A DNA stretch of 37,315 nt from Candidatus Bathyarchaeia archaeon (GCA_050012255.1 JBEKHN010000019.1:1-37315), one strand, 5' to 3'. Positions 11,126 through 20,863 are shown, counted from the first letter of the stretch. Program-made: numbers and translations. Notes: generated by a model not told the origin, from the letters alone.

Positions 11126-12345
11126 TTCGAGTCTCTCCCTAGAACGTAGACGTAGCCCTTGGTTCCGAAACCCTCAAGTTCAAGCACACAGCCGTACTTC
11201 AGCTCTTCATCGCTTTTGACTTGGCGTTCACAGGCCTCGCCTCTCAGCTGCTTTACGACCTCAAAGGTTTGGGCGCCGCCCGTCGCTCCTAAAGGGTTTC
11301 CGTCTGCCTTCAATCCGCCGTTCATGTTCACGAAAAGCTTGTGACCGTCCATCTCGTAGTAGCCCTTGTAGTCCGAACAGCTTTCGAATATGCTCCTCCA
11401 AGCGGTTCCAGGCTCGCAGAAACCTAAGTCCTCAAGCGAAACCATTTCCATGACCGTAGATTGATCGTAGAGCTCAACAACCTGGATGTCCCACAGGGCT
11501 CTTCCAGCCATTTTTAGAGCGTTCTTCATGGAATTTCTGGTCACTAAGAAGTGGGTCATATCCTCTCTTGCCGGGTAGGTCAGATAGTCTGTTGCTGAAG
11601 AAGATCCTAAGATGTAGACTGGTTTATCGGTACACTTCTTCGCAACCTCTTCGCTGGCCAAGACGAGTATGGCTGCACCGTCAGAAATAGGTGCATAGTC
11701 ATAAAGGCCCAACGGTTTGTGTGCCTCTTTTCTGGCGTTCAACACTTGTTCAACGGATATCTTTCTTTGGTATTGCGCGTATTCGTTTCTTGACCCGTGC
11801 AAGTGGTTCTTGACTGAAATCTGGGCTAAAGCGGTGTTAAGCTTCTCCAAGTTGTCTCCGGTCAAGCCGTATTTTTTTATGTAGGCTCTCAGCATCAATT
11901 CATGGTTTGCTTCCGGCGTACACCCAGCGTAGTAGCTCCACGGGTCTTCAAGGAGCATGAGGTCGTCGCGTATCTTGTCCCACCGGTCTGTCATCTTTTC
12001 TATTCCGCCCACCAAGACCATGGTATGCCTTCCAGCTTGGATGGCGTTGCACGCGTTTGAGAGGGCAGAGCTGAAGGAACGGGTCACTTCCATGGGGGTG
12101 TGGAGCTCAGTTAGTTCTGACAGAAAGCCTTCCTCTAGACCTAGCTTGTTGGTGATCGGGAGAAAGTAGTCTGAAAGGTAGCAGGCTTCCAAGTCTTTGC
12201 GTTCTATGTTTGTTTCCGCTGAAGCCTTAAGCCAGGCTTCTTCAATAAGCCTTTCAGGCTCTTTCTCATAGTGTTCTCCAAATCTTGTTCTTCCAGCAGC
12301 AACTATTGCTGGACGGTTTTGCATTACAGTGCTCCTCGTCGTCAA
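11122..12345 (-). CDS. Thiolase-fold protein with degenerate catalytic motifs
   Basis: GGIEKMTD, YAPISDGAA, VNMNGGLKADGNPLGATG, QLRGEA; catalytic Cys and His positions substituted. Confidence 0.85.
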   Translation of the reverse strand: MTTRSTVMQNRPAIVAAGRTRFGEHYEKEPERLIEEAWLKASAETNIERKDLEACYLSDYFLPITNKLGLEEGFLSELTELHTPMEVTRSFSSALSNACNAIQAGRHTMVLVGGIEKMTDRWDKIRDDLMLLEDPWSYYAGCTPEANHELMLRAYIKKYGLTGDNLEKLNTALAQISVKNHLHGSRNEYAQYQRKISVEQVLNARKEAHKPLGLYDYAPISDGAAILVLASEEVAKKCTDKPVYILGSSSATDYLTYPAREDMTHFLVTRNSMKNALKMAGRALWDIQVVELYDQSTVMEMVSLEDLGFCEPGTAWRSIFESCSDYKGYYEMDGHKLFVNMNGGLKADGNPLGATGGAQTFEVVKQLRGEACERQVKSDEELKYGCVLELEGFGTKGYVYVLGRDSK

Positions 12346-12449
12346 TTAGCAAATATCCTTTCCATGATGGCTTTTAAGTTTACCGTTTATCCACAAGAAG
12401 CCCCAAAAAAGTTGGTTCCTTGATGATCCTCAGGTTAACATACGTATGC

Positions 12450-13598
12450 TTAGCAACTCAGCCTCTTTTCGCTAATCTGTATTCCTCGCTTCTCTAAACC
12501 ATCCCAGAACATTCTGAAGACACGGTCTTCCATGCCTAACCTTTCAGGAGGGACTACGCCTTTCTCTTTGATGGCCCCGCTCAGTATCAATTGGGCAACA
12601 ATCGACATCGGATAGGCCGTTGTTCTGGCCATGGCAGTTATCCCGCGCCTTCTATCACAATTGTCTAGCATGTGATAGGTGTAGCCCGTTTTCTCGCCAT
12701 TCTTGACTCCGTAGACTTCAACCTTCAGCGCCACGAAATCTTTAACCTCAGGCTTCCGCAGTGTCTGCTCAAGAAGCTTTGCCGTGAGCTTTCTAGGCGA
12801 AACCTCTACGCCTTCAACCTTAATCTTCTCATCTTTAAACAAACCCATGGCTTCAAGTAGTTTTATCTTCTCAGCATGCCCAGGATACCTCAGTGTTTTC
12901 TCCCACATATCTCCTACGCCATCCATCGTGTACAGGAGCGTTCGGAGTCCGTCGGTGAAAAAGGCTTCGAGCTTTCCGACTTCTGGAAACTCGATGCTTT
13001 CCACTCCACTCAGAGCTTCAACCTGAACCCTGCGGCCTCGCTTGACTATTACCGCTTTTCTTGTGTACTCGTCGATTAGGCTTTCAGGAGACCAAGTGAT
13101 AATGTAGCCCAGAGGCGGGATTGGCTTTTCTGGCAGACCCCCCACCATTACGTGAACAGCCTTCGTTTCGTCTAGCTTCTGAAAGGCGTGTCCCACGATG
13201 AGATTGCTGATGCCAGGGGCCAATCCGCAGTCTGGCACAATAGTTATGCCAGCACTTGTTGCGGCTTGATGAAGCCTAAACGGGTTCTCGGCCATGTAAG
13301 AAACGTCAACCAGATCCTTTCGTGCTTCGATGCACACTTTCATCAAACTATAACCAAGATTTCCAGGCAGAAAACCCATGGCCAAGTCACAGTCCTTCAG
13401 TGTGCGAAGCAGCTGGCCACGATTTGCTGCGTCCAGATGAACCCATGAAACGTTGCTTTTGCCAATTCGATCAGCAACATTCTTTGCTCTTCTTGCATCT
13501 TGGTCAGCGATAACGATGTCGGAGGAACTGATGTTCTTGGCCATGTCCCCTGCTGCTGTTGAGCCTATGTTTCCAGAACCTAGAACTAGTACCCTCAT
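12450..13598 (-). CDS. Saccharopine dehydrogenase family / lysine 6-dehydrogenase-like protein
   Basis: GSGNIG Rossmann motif, DCGLAPGISN, VGGLP, LEAFFTDGLRTL, EKTLRYPGH, AMARTTAYP. Confidence 0.88.
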   Translation of the reverse strand: MRVLVLGSGNIGSTAAGDMAKNISSSDIVIADQDARRAKNVADRIGKSNVSWVHLDAANRGQLLRTLKDCDLAMGFLPGNLGYSLMKVCIEARKDLVDVSYMAENPFRLHQAATSAGITIVPDCGLAPGISNLIVGHAFQKLDETKAVHVMVGGLPEKPIPPLGYIITWSPESLIDEYTRKAVIVKRGRRVQVEALSGVESIEFPEVGKLEAFFTDGLRTLLYTMDGVGDMWEKTLRYPGHAEKIKLLEAMGLFKDEKIKVEGVEVSPRKLTAKLLEQTLRKPEVKDFVALKVEVYGVKNGEKTGYTYHMLDNCDRRRGITAMARTTAYPMSIVAQLILSGAIKEKGVVPPERLGMEDRVFRMFWDGLEKRGIQISEKRLSC

Positions 13599-13747
13599 GA
13601 GCGTACTTTCAGTGGAGTTTTTGATTAAAGACTTTCGTAACGAACGTTAAAGCTCTATTGCAGAATTATGCATTATTGAGAGGAAGGTGAGTTTCTATTC
13701 GGCAAAACGGTTATGCAGCATAGAGCTAGCTTATAGAGCAATGATTT

Positions 13748-13761
13748 GAAAGTTTTATATA
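13748..13761 (+). promoter_or_regulatory. BRE/TATA promoter of aIF1, probably leaderless or short-leader transcript
   Basis: GAAAGTTTTATATA 30 nt upstream of ATG 13791. Confidence 0.6.
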
Positions 13762-13790
13762 CCCCCAAAACAATTGTACAGCTGAGCGAA

Positions 13791-14099
13791 ATGGCTGAAA
13801 TTTGTTCTACATGCGGGCTGCCGAAGGACTTATGCGCTTGTGGTGAAATCGAGAAGGAACAACTGCGAATCCGTATACGCCTCGAAACACGCAAGTTCGG
13901 GAAACCAACGACGATAGTTGACGGCATAGACGAGAAAAACAACAACCTGCCGGAAATTGCCAAGAAGTTGAAAGGCTTCTGCGCATGCGGTGGAACGGCG
14001 AAAAATGGTCAGATTATGCTTCAAGGAGACCATCGAGAAAGAGTCCGCCAGTTCTTGATACGCATGGGATACCCACAGGAAAACATAGAGCTTCAATAA
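13791..14099 (+). CDS. sui1: Translation initiation factor aIF1 (SUI1/YciH)
   Basis: MAEICSTCGLPKDLCAC, RKFGKPTTIVDG, CACGGT, LQGDHR. Confidence 0.95.
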   Translation: MAEICSTCGLPKDLCACGEIEKEQLRIRIRLETRKFGKPTTIVDGIDEKNNNLPEIAKKLKGFCACGGTAKNGQIMLQGDHRERVRQFLIRMGYPQENIELQ

Positions 14100-14126
14100 T
14101 GGCACAGTCAGGGATGCAGGCGCAAT

Positions 14127-14330
14127 ATGGGAAAGCTGCGAGACATAGGTGAACTATTTAAGGCTCTGAAGCGTCGACGGCCGTCAAAGATATACTGCCC
14201 TAGGTGCGGAAGTCCCGAGATCCACTTGTCCAGCAGCACAGATTACTGGCTGACGCCGAAAAAATACGTTTGTAACCAATGTGGATACCATGGCCTGTTG
14301 ATCATGGAACTTGAAAAAGAGGAAGGCTAG
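14127..14330 (+). CDS. Small Zn-ribbon protein
   Basis: YCPRCGS...WLTPKKYVCNQCGYHG; follows aIF1 closely. Confidence 0.75.
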   Translation: MGKLRDIGELFKALKRRRPSKIYCPRCGSPEIHLSSSTDYWLTPKKYVCNQCGYHGLLIMELEKEEG

Positions 14331-14351
14331 CCGAACCCGTGTGCTCTAAGG

Positions 14352-15341
14352 CTAGTCTGGTACCTCTATGTTTAGCTGTTTCTTCAAGCTTTTGTAACGG
14401 TTTCTTACCGTGACTTCGGTGACGCCTGCCGCCTCGGCTATGTCTTTCTGTGTCTTCTTTTCGTTGTTCTTCAAGCATGCAATGTAAAGTGACGCAGCTG
14501 CTAACCCCATAGGGTCTTTTCCCGCAGCAGCCCTTCTCTTCCTGGCTTCTCGCAGGATCTGTATGGCGATTCCCTGAGTCCTACCTGTTATTCCAGTTCT
14601 CTCAGCTATCTTTGAAACGTACGTAAGGGGATCCGCGATTGGCATGTGCACGTCGAGCTCGCGCAGCAGCAACCTGTAACATCGCGCAACGTCTTTCTTG
14701 TCGACTAGACTCGCCTCCGCGATTTCACGGAGGGTTCTTGGTGTTCCGCTTCCACGGCACGCCGCGTAAAGCGCGGCCGCAGCGATGGCTGCAATTGACC
14801 TGCCTCGGACCAAGCCTTTGTCGAGGGCCTTACGGTAGGTCACCGCTGCCTTCTCTTTTATCGGCGGTGGAATGTACACCTTGTCTGACAGTCGGTCAAG
14901 TTCTGCCATTGCTTGGGCCAAGTTTCTGTCGATCGAAGAGTGTACTCTTGACCTTATCTGCCATTTTCTGAGACGCCACATCTGCAAGCGGGTTGAAAGC
15001 GGAAGCTTTCTCCCAAAGGCGTCTCGGTCAACCTGGCTTATGGCCGTTGACAAGCCCTTATCATGAACGGAATAGGACGTTGGCACTCCAACGCGGCTTC
15101 TCGATGCCTTCTCTTCCTGAGTGAAGGCACGCCATTCTGGTCCCTTGTCCATCATCTGCTCGTACAATACGAGTCCACAATCACCACATACTGTTTCACC
15201 AGTGTCATAATCATGGACAAGGTTTGAGCTACCGCACTCCGGGCACTTGTCGATTAGGCGTTGGCGAATTGCGCCTTCTTTCTTACTCAATCCATTTCGC
15301 CTCGGACATTTTTCCGTAGAACCGTCGTGATTCTTCATCAT
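14352..15341 (-). CDS. tfb: Transcription initiation factor IIB
   Basis: CPECGS...CGDCG ribbon, GPEWRAF, two cyclin repeats, GVTEVTVRNRY. Confidence 0.97.
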   Translation of the reverse strand: MMKNHDGSTEKCPRRNGLSKKEGAIRQRLIDKCPECGSSNLVHDYDTGETVCGDCGLVLYEQMMDKGPEWRAFTQEEKASRSRVGVPTSYSVHDKGLSTAISQVDRDAFGRKLPLSTRLQMWRLRKWQIRSRVHSSIDRNLAQAMAELDRLSDKVYIPPPIKEKAAVTYRKALDKGLVRGRSIAAIAAAALYAACRGSGTPRTLREIAEASLVDKKDVARCYRLLLRELDVHMPIADPLTYVSKIAERTGITGRTQGIAIQILREARKRRAAAGKDPMGLAAASLYIACLKNNEKKTQKDIAEAAGVTEVTVRNRYKSLKKQLNIEVPD

Positions 15342-15392
15342 TGTTCAGAAAACAGAACGTTCGGTTCCGCGTAGCTATCGACGTGACATGTT

Positions 15393-15410
15393 TTAATATA
15401 TAAGCTTTGT
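15393..15410 (-). promoter_or_regulatory. BRE/TATA promoter of tfb
   Basis: Minus strand ACAAAGCTTATATATTAA about 55 nt upstream of the start. Confidence 0.55.
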
Positions 15411-15739
15411 GGTCTTCTCAAGAATATTCTGTTCACAGATCTCGAATCTCTACAGAGGCTATTGATTCAAAAGAATGAATCGAGCTTCTATCAGTGCCAT
15501 TTTGCGTTATTTCGTCTAGGGCGCTAGCGTGTTCCCAAATTCCCTTTATGGTGTCGTAGAGTGCGGTTTTGCGATCCACATGATTCTGCCACCGTCATAG
15601 GTCACGTTATCGCCCATAAACCAGGATATGCCAGAAGCAAAAGCGCGCGCCGCCCAATGCAGTGAGTATCACATTTTGGAAGATAGAATCTCATGATTTA
15701 GATGGCCCTTAGGGGCGCAAACATTAATACTTCTTTCCT

Positions 15740-16132
15740 GTGTTTGCTCTCCTTGGGGTGGAACGTTTGGACGAGGCTAAGCGTAGGCGTGGGCGAGGTT
15801 TTCCTGAGGTTATAACGCGTCTACCAGAAGCAGACATTCAACTCAAAGGTGTCAGAGCATGGATCCTGCAGGGGGAGAAGCAGCAGCTGGTCTTCTTCGA
15901 AATGGAATCCTCTGCAAAAGTGCCAGAGCACAGTCACGACTATTCTCAATGGGGAATCATGATAGAAGGAAAAATGGAATTGATCATCGAAGGCAAGCCC
16001 AGAATCTGCGAGAAAGGCGATGAATACGTCATTCCTGCCCACGCAAAACACTATGCAAGGTTCTTGACAAAATCCAGAGTGATTGACTTCTTCTCCGAAA
16101 GAAACAGATACAGACCCAAACCTCCTCGTTGA
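15740..16132 (+). CDS. Cupin-domain protein
   Basis: PEHSH...QWG...GKMEL...GDEYVIPAHAKH; true start may be slightly downstream. Confidence 0.85.
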   Translation: MFALLGVERLDEAKRRRGRGFPEVITRLPEADIQLKGVRAWILQGEKQQLVFFEMESSAKVPEHSHDYSQWGIMIEGKMELIIEGKPRICEKGDEYVIPAHAKHYARFLTKSRVIDFFSERNRYRPKPPR

Positions 16133-16556
16133 CCAGTCTAGGTATTATTCACTTCCAATGCAATTTTGGCTTTTTCGTGCGCTTAACCTTTTAAAAATGA
16201 GTGACGTCAGCAACGTTATGTAGAAAGCTATTCACGCGTAAGCTTGGTTCTAAATTCGTTCGCGACTGTTTTCGTCATAGGTTTGCTTGGTTCTTGGATG
16301 ACTGTGTGACTATTGATGCGAGAAGTATTGTTTGTAGGACATGAACCAGCTCGTCACGCCTGAAAAGGGGATTTCAGGAAGACGCTGAGCGCGCTAGTCG
16401 CAACAACGTGCAGGTCAAAGGGTCAATGTCAGTTTCATCTTTTGATCATGACGTGAAGTCTTCGACCATCTTCACTGCTATAGCTGAGAAAACCTGCGAA
16501 AAAGTTAATGGGAGACTTATTAGGAGGTTAAAATGTCTATCTGAGTGGCCCGGAGA

Positions 16557-16656
16557 AGCCCGGTGGAGGGAAGAACACCTTTCCGCCGATTGTAGTGGAC
16601 AAGCATAGCGGGCTTTGGACCCGCCGACGAGAGTTCGAATCTCTCCCGGGCTACCA
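16557..16656 (+). tRNA. tRNA-Gln(UUG) with 24-nt intron at position 10/11 (16567-16590), CCA encoded
   Basis: Acceptor AGCCCGG/CCGGGCT, D stem G|TGT/GCAT, anticodon stem GCGGG/CCCGC with TTG at 16615-16617, T arm GAGAG-TTCGAAT-CTCTC; BHB-like motif at the intron ends. Confidence 0.92.
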
Positions 16657-16846
16657 CTACATGTGTAAGAGAATACTCCCCAATTTTTTCACTCTTCTAA
16701 TAGTTGAGCTGACAATGACTTTGCGTAATGATTGACCGTGAACGCGTGATTTCGTAAAGGTCTAGCGCGCGCTTTCCGTAACATTTTCTGATTGCTGAGT
16801 ATCTCTTACCAGTGAGAGAGATCTCGGAAGCGTTCCGTCCGTTGTA

Positions 16847-17272
16847 TTAAGCAGACTTTTTCGTCCCTTTTCTCCAAGGGGCCTGTTCAATAATTTCTAA
16901 AAGGCGTATGAACTGGCTTATGGGAGTAGCCTCCTTGGGAGAAATAGGGTTAAGCACGACTTGCGGTTCAGGTTCAGCGGTGGCCTGTGCAGCATCTTCA
17001 GGCGTCTCCTCTTCCTCCACAGTTCTAGGGATCTCCTCTCCCCTCAACCACTTCAGCCTTCTCAACCCCTTCTCTGTTATCTCGTGTATCCTAGTTCCCC
17101 AAGAGTCGGTGCTGCGCCTAGAGAGGAGACCTTGACGACTGTACTTTTTCAAGAGGGTTCTGGCGTTGTGGATCTCCAGGTCCAAGGCAGAGGCCAAGTC
17201 CGAGGACGTTGTCGTCGGGTGCTGCCTCACGTACTCCAAGACCTGAAGTTTTCTCTCGTTGTATCTGGCCAT
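16847..17272 (-). CDS. Winged helix-turn-helix DNA-binding protein
   Basis: LQVLEYVRQHPTTTSSDLASALDLEIHNARTLLKKYSRQGLL...EITEKG, acidic tail. Confidence 0.8.
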   Translation of the reverse strand: MARYNERKLQVLEYVRQHPTTTSSDLASALDLEIHNARTLLKKYSRQGLLSRRSTDSWGTRIHEITEKGLRRLKWLRGEEIPRTVEEEETPEDAAQATAEPEPQVVLNPISPKEATPISQFIRLLEIIEQAPWRKGTKKSA

Positions 17273-17301
17273 CCTGTCTCCGTCCAAGATTTCTTCCGTT
17301 A

Positions 17302-17576
17302 GTCCGTCTGTCCTCTGTCCGTTTTCCGCTGTTTATCCGCCAACCCACGCTTATTAAGCGTTTGCTGCTAGTGTTTACCCTCCCCTCCTCCGCCTAGTGG
17401 ACCCGATAGCTCCTATCGGGAGCAGAAGGAACTGAGCACTGTGTCGGAGCGGACGGAGCCAGAGACGGACGGACAACACTGAAAAATCCGCGAAGGCAGC
17501 CACGGACGGGAGCGGACAGGGACGGACAAATAGCGCGCGTGATGATGCGGCGGATAAGGGATAAATGGTGCGGACA
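17302..17576. repeat. Divergent CGGA(C/T)A short-repeat array around two inverted repeats
   Basis: Reverse copies at 17302, 17316, 17334; forward copies at 17450, 17466, 17470, 17503, 17513, 17523, 17551, 17571; hairpin CCCGATAG-CTC-CTATCGGG at 17402-17420. Confidence 0.7.
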
Positions 17577-17603
17577 ACCCATCTTTTGTTGGAGAGGATT
17601 GGA

Positions 17604-18896
17604 ATGTCCGTTAAGGGTCGGGTCAAGGAAGACCTTCACGCAGGAAAACCCTGGGATGTGATATACAAGAGGTATCGTTCCAAGAGCCAGATCTACGAGG
17701 GCTTAACCGAGTGGTTCGAGGAAGTGAAGGGTGAAATCACGGCCAAGCAGGACGAGGCTGCAGGCTTAGACGCCAAAGTAGAGGACTTAACCTCCAGGGT
17801 AAAGGGAGCCTCAACCGAGCATGCGGGTCTCCTTGAGAAGAGTGAGGACTTGAAGGAGAAATGTGAGCAGCTTAGCGAAAGCGTATCGAGCCTCGAACAG
17901 AGGAAAGCGACACTGGATACCCACCTGAACAACCTCACCTCAAAAATTGATGATTTAGCATCCAGAGGCGTCACGCTGGAGGTTGTTGAGAGAATCCACA
18001 CCGCCCAGTTTGAGTCAGGTGAAGACCTTCTAGGCCGGGTGCAGACAGCGCAAGCCCATGTGAGGCTGCGGGAGGATGAGGAAAAGCTTCGCATCAGCAA
18101 GGAAAAGCTTGAGGGCACGGTCAACAGCCTCGAAGGGACGGTGAAGGGCTTACAAGAGAAGGTCACAAGCGCGGAGAACAAGCTTGACACCGTTAGAGAC
18201 GAGACAGCCATTTACGGGACAGCCGTGGACGCCGTGAAACAGCTCTTCAGGGCAGGATACAAGGTAGAGGATATCAGCGCCTTGAGGGAAGGCTTGAAGG
18301 TCATGGAGATAAAGGGGGATCCTGAGATGTCTTTGAAGCGTTTTGTTGATGGCCTTCAAAGAGTGAAGTCGCTGGAGACTCTGAGGAAACAAAACGAGGA
18401 GGAAAAGACTAAGCTCGAAGCGATAAGGCGAGACCGCCGCGCTGTAGAAGCAGAGTTAACCTCCATGAAGGACACGACCGTGAAGGCTCTAAATGAAGCC
18501 AGAGAAGCGGCCGTAACTGAGGTTGAAAAGGTTGAACAGGAAGCCACAGCCGAAATTAGAGGTGTCCTGACGAACTTTAAGGAGGATTTGAAAGAGTGGG
18601 GCGAAATAAAGGCCGAGGCCGGGAAGTTGGGAGACCTGATCGATTTGGCTTACCGCTTAATGGGGATCAAAACGGTTTCCCCGGAGATACTCGGGAAGGT
18701 CTCCACCTCAGAGATAGCAAGCCTTATGGAGAGAATCTGGGTCTGGACGACTGTCAGGCTTCCAAACGAGTATGGCACTCTTAAGTATAACGAGTATGTA
18801 ACTCTTAAGTATAATCGTTTAAATATTCCTGTTGTAGCCGAGTTTCTGACGGAGGAGTTGAAGAAGAGAGCATTGGAGGAGGCGAAAAAAGCGTGA
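17604..18896 (+). CDS. Long coiled-coil protein, unknown function
   Basis: E/K/L heptad pattern over most of the length; no Walker motifs, so not SMC; start 17565 or 17604. Confidence 0.75.
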   Translation: MSVKGRVKEDLHAGKPWDVIYKRYRSKSQIYEGLTEWFEEVKGEITAKQDEAAGLDAKVEDLTSRVKGASTEHAGLLEKSEDLKEKCEQLSESVSSLEQRKATLDTHLNNLTSKIDDLASRGVTLEVVERIHTAQFESGEDLLGRVQTAQAHVRLREDEEKLRISKEKLEGTVNSLEGTVKGLQEKVTSAENKLDTVRDETAIYGTAVDAVKQLFRAGYKVEDISALREGLKVMEIKGDPEMSLKRFVDGLQRVKSLETLRKQNEEEKTKLEAIRRDRRAVEAELTSMKDTTVKALNEAREAAVTEVEKVEQEATAEIRGVLTNFKEDLKEWGEIKAEAGKLGDLIDLAYRLMGIKTVSPEILGKVSTSEIASLMERIWVWTTVRLPNEYGTLKYNEYVTLKYNRLNIPVVAEFLTEELKKRALEEAKKA

Positions 18897-19492
18897 GTTT
18901 CAACGAGATTAAACAAACCCTAAAAAGGGTTGATTTGCTCACGGAAACCCAAAGGGAAAACGAGGAGCTGAAGAAGGAACTTGCGAAGAGCCGTAGAGCG
19001 ATGGAGGAGTTAAGAGAAGACTTCAACAAGAGCTGTATGGCTGACATGGAGAAGTGGAAAGGTGAGGTGGTGGCGGCTAAAGAAGGTGAGGAAGAAGCCC
19101 TCACCAGGCTGGGGCTATTCAGGATTAGATGCGCGGCGGGCTTAGAACCCTATGACCTCTCCTTCAACGATGTCGAACCAGACCTCTTGACGAAGATTGT
19201 TTCTCTGAACCAAGAACTGCTGAACAGCGGAACCCTTCAGAATCCCGTCGGACGGGAAATCCAGTTGGCCTTAAACTACCTAAAGAAGAAGCTCCCCCCA
19301 GCGGATTGGAATCTGACCGCCCTCAAGGTGGGCAGCCACGTCCTGGAAAAGTTTGCGTGCCTTGCGGCGGATAAGTGTCTGACGTGTGGAGGGATCGGCT
19401 CGATAGCAACGGTATCCAAGGTACAGTGTCCACGATGCGGGGGGTCTGGAAGGCGAGAAATCGGAATGGGAAGGAAGGTTGATGAGGCATAA
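18893..19492 (+). CDS. Hypothetical protein with C-terminal DnaJ-type Zn-finger motifs
   Basis: CLTCGGIG...CPRCGGSG; GTGA overlap with the upstream gene. Confidence 0.7.
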   Translation: MSFNEIKQTLKRVDLLTETQRENEELKKELAKSRRAMEELREDFNKSCMADMEKWKGEVVAAKEGEEEALTRLGLFRIRCAAGLEPYDLSFNDVEPDLLTKIVSLNQELLNSGTLQNPVGREIQLALNYLKKKLPPADWNLTALKVGSHVLEKFACLAADKCLTCGGIGSIATVSKVQCPRCGGSGRREIGMGRKVDEA

Positions 19493-19962
19493 TAAGAGCA
19501 AGCCTCATCACAGAAAAATCCACAAAACAAAATAGCAAAAGAAGCGAGAGAGAGCGCGCACTTGATTCCAATGCATAACTCGTTCAAAGCTGAGACATAG
19601 GTAAGAACCCTAAACTTTTTGCGGCTAGATTTTTATGCTCTTTCTGACTACATCGAGCCTGGCATTTTCAGCGGGATGTCAGCACCTCAACTAGCGTTAA
19701 AACGTGAAAACTCAGCAACGGTAAAAACGCTAAAACCAGGTCAATGCTGTCACCAAACATAATCACTGCGCGTGCTGAATAGTCACGGTTGCCACATGCC
19801 ATATGACAAGCTCGAACTGCTGCTTCAACCCCCTTCTTTCTATTTGGCATGAGGCGTCATCGTGGTTACCCTCACTATGCTGCCTCACCCATGTTCTTAG
19901 CGCATGATTTCACAGTCCCCTTAGAGCCCCTGTTTTGCAACAGAGCTTTCAAGAGACTCAGG

Positions 19963-20722
19963 CTAACCGTGAAACTTCGCAAATTCCTTGGACTTCTCTA
20001 AAATCTCTGGAATGGTTAGCCTCGCCAAGTCTTCAGTATCGCCTATGAAACTGCATACTAGGCCGGTTCTAGCGTTAAGCGTGTTTGGAACAGTAACCAG
20101 CCTCATGGGATCGACTGAAACTGTGAAGTGGACTCTGTCAAAAACGTGAGTCTGCTTCTGCAACAGCTTAGTCAGTTTGAACCGGCTGGCATGGTGACAC
20201 CAAATCGGATCTCGCTCCCTATACCTAACCCAGTCTCTATAGTCAAAGTCCAAAACGTGAACGTGAAAGCCCATTCTTCCGCTAAAAACGACAGCGAGCC
20301 GCGAGTAATACTTCCTTATGATTTCGCATAGCTGCAAAGTCAACGTTTTAGCCATGCCCAAACATTCAACGCAGACACTCCATTCTGGATCAAGCTGGTG
20401 TTCATGCTTCCACAGCATCATGTAGCTATCAACGTCGACGACATAGCGCCGTTTAGAGGAACGCAGTACCTAGCCTTGTACTTCTTTCCAACACGTTCAG
20501 GGAAGAGCCAGTTTAAAACGCTGAAGTAGACGTGTTGAGGCTTGAGTTTCTAGCAGTAGAAGCGAGGTCCTTCTCGCTTAGCCTGTTCTCGAATTTGTTG
20601 AGCTTGACGAATCTGCCTTCGCATAGCTTAACCCTGAAATGCTTTCTGCTCAGGTTCCAAAGACTAGGCACTCGGAGGGGAACGTCTAGGTAGAACCTTT
20701 CGATCTGCCCCTGTGAAAGCAA
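19963..20722 (-). pseudogene. Archaeo-eukaryotic primase (PriS-like), frameshifted
   Basis: Reconstructed motifs YVVDVD, VFSGRMGFHVH, VDPMRLVTVPNTLNARTGL; frameshifts near 20565 and 20448 and in-frame TAG at 20550-20552, judged against the second copy and motif continuity. Confidence 0.8.
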
Positions 20723-20845
20723 GTTTCGTCAAGCCCAACCCATCGCTTGCGTCCGGGCAAATAAAAGGCAAGTGCTGAAACGATTGGCTTGGGAGCTGGA
20801 GAGACTCAAGTTAAAGTGAGCACGCATCTAATTGTTCTTCGAAGT

Positions 20846-20863
20846 TAGGACATTTTTGTCCTA
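20846..20863. promoter_or_regulatory. Perfect inverted repeat, possible operator
   Basis: TAGGACA-TTTT-TGTCCTA upstream of the primase remnant. Confidence 0.35.

Noticed and set aside
15516-15650. Possible tract-bounded gene tail on the minus strand (ASGISWFMGDNVTYDGGRIMWIAKPHSTTP*)
   Set aside because: Fits the GC-junction pattern but I cannot recognise a parent family, so it is not called as a feature
16547-16553. GGCCCGG as the true tRNA 5' end, or an att-site remnant
   Set aside because: AGCCCGG at 16557 pairs perfectly with the 3' strand and gives a valid splice motif; the duplicate is too short and on the wrong side for a typical attR
16408-16608. 66-aa ORF overlapping the tRNA
   Set aside because: Runs through the tRNA promoter and gene; spurious
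17604-18896. SMC/Rad50 ATPase
   Set aside because: Coiled coil only; no Walker A/B or signature motif
20550-20552. In-frame TAG in the primase as pyrrolysine or readthrough
   Set aside because: Accompanied by two frameshifts and aligned to an Arg codon in the paralog, so simple decay is more likely
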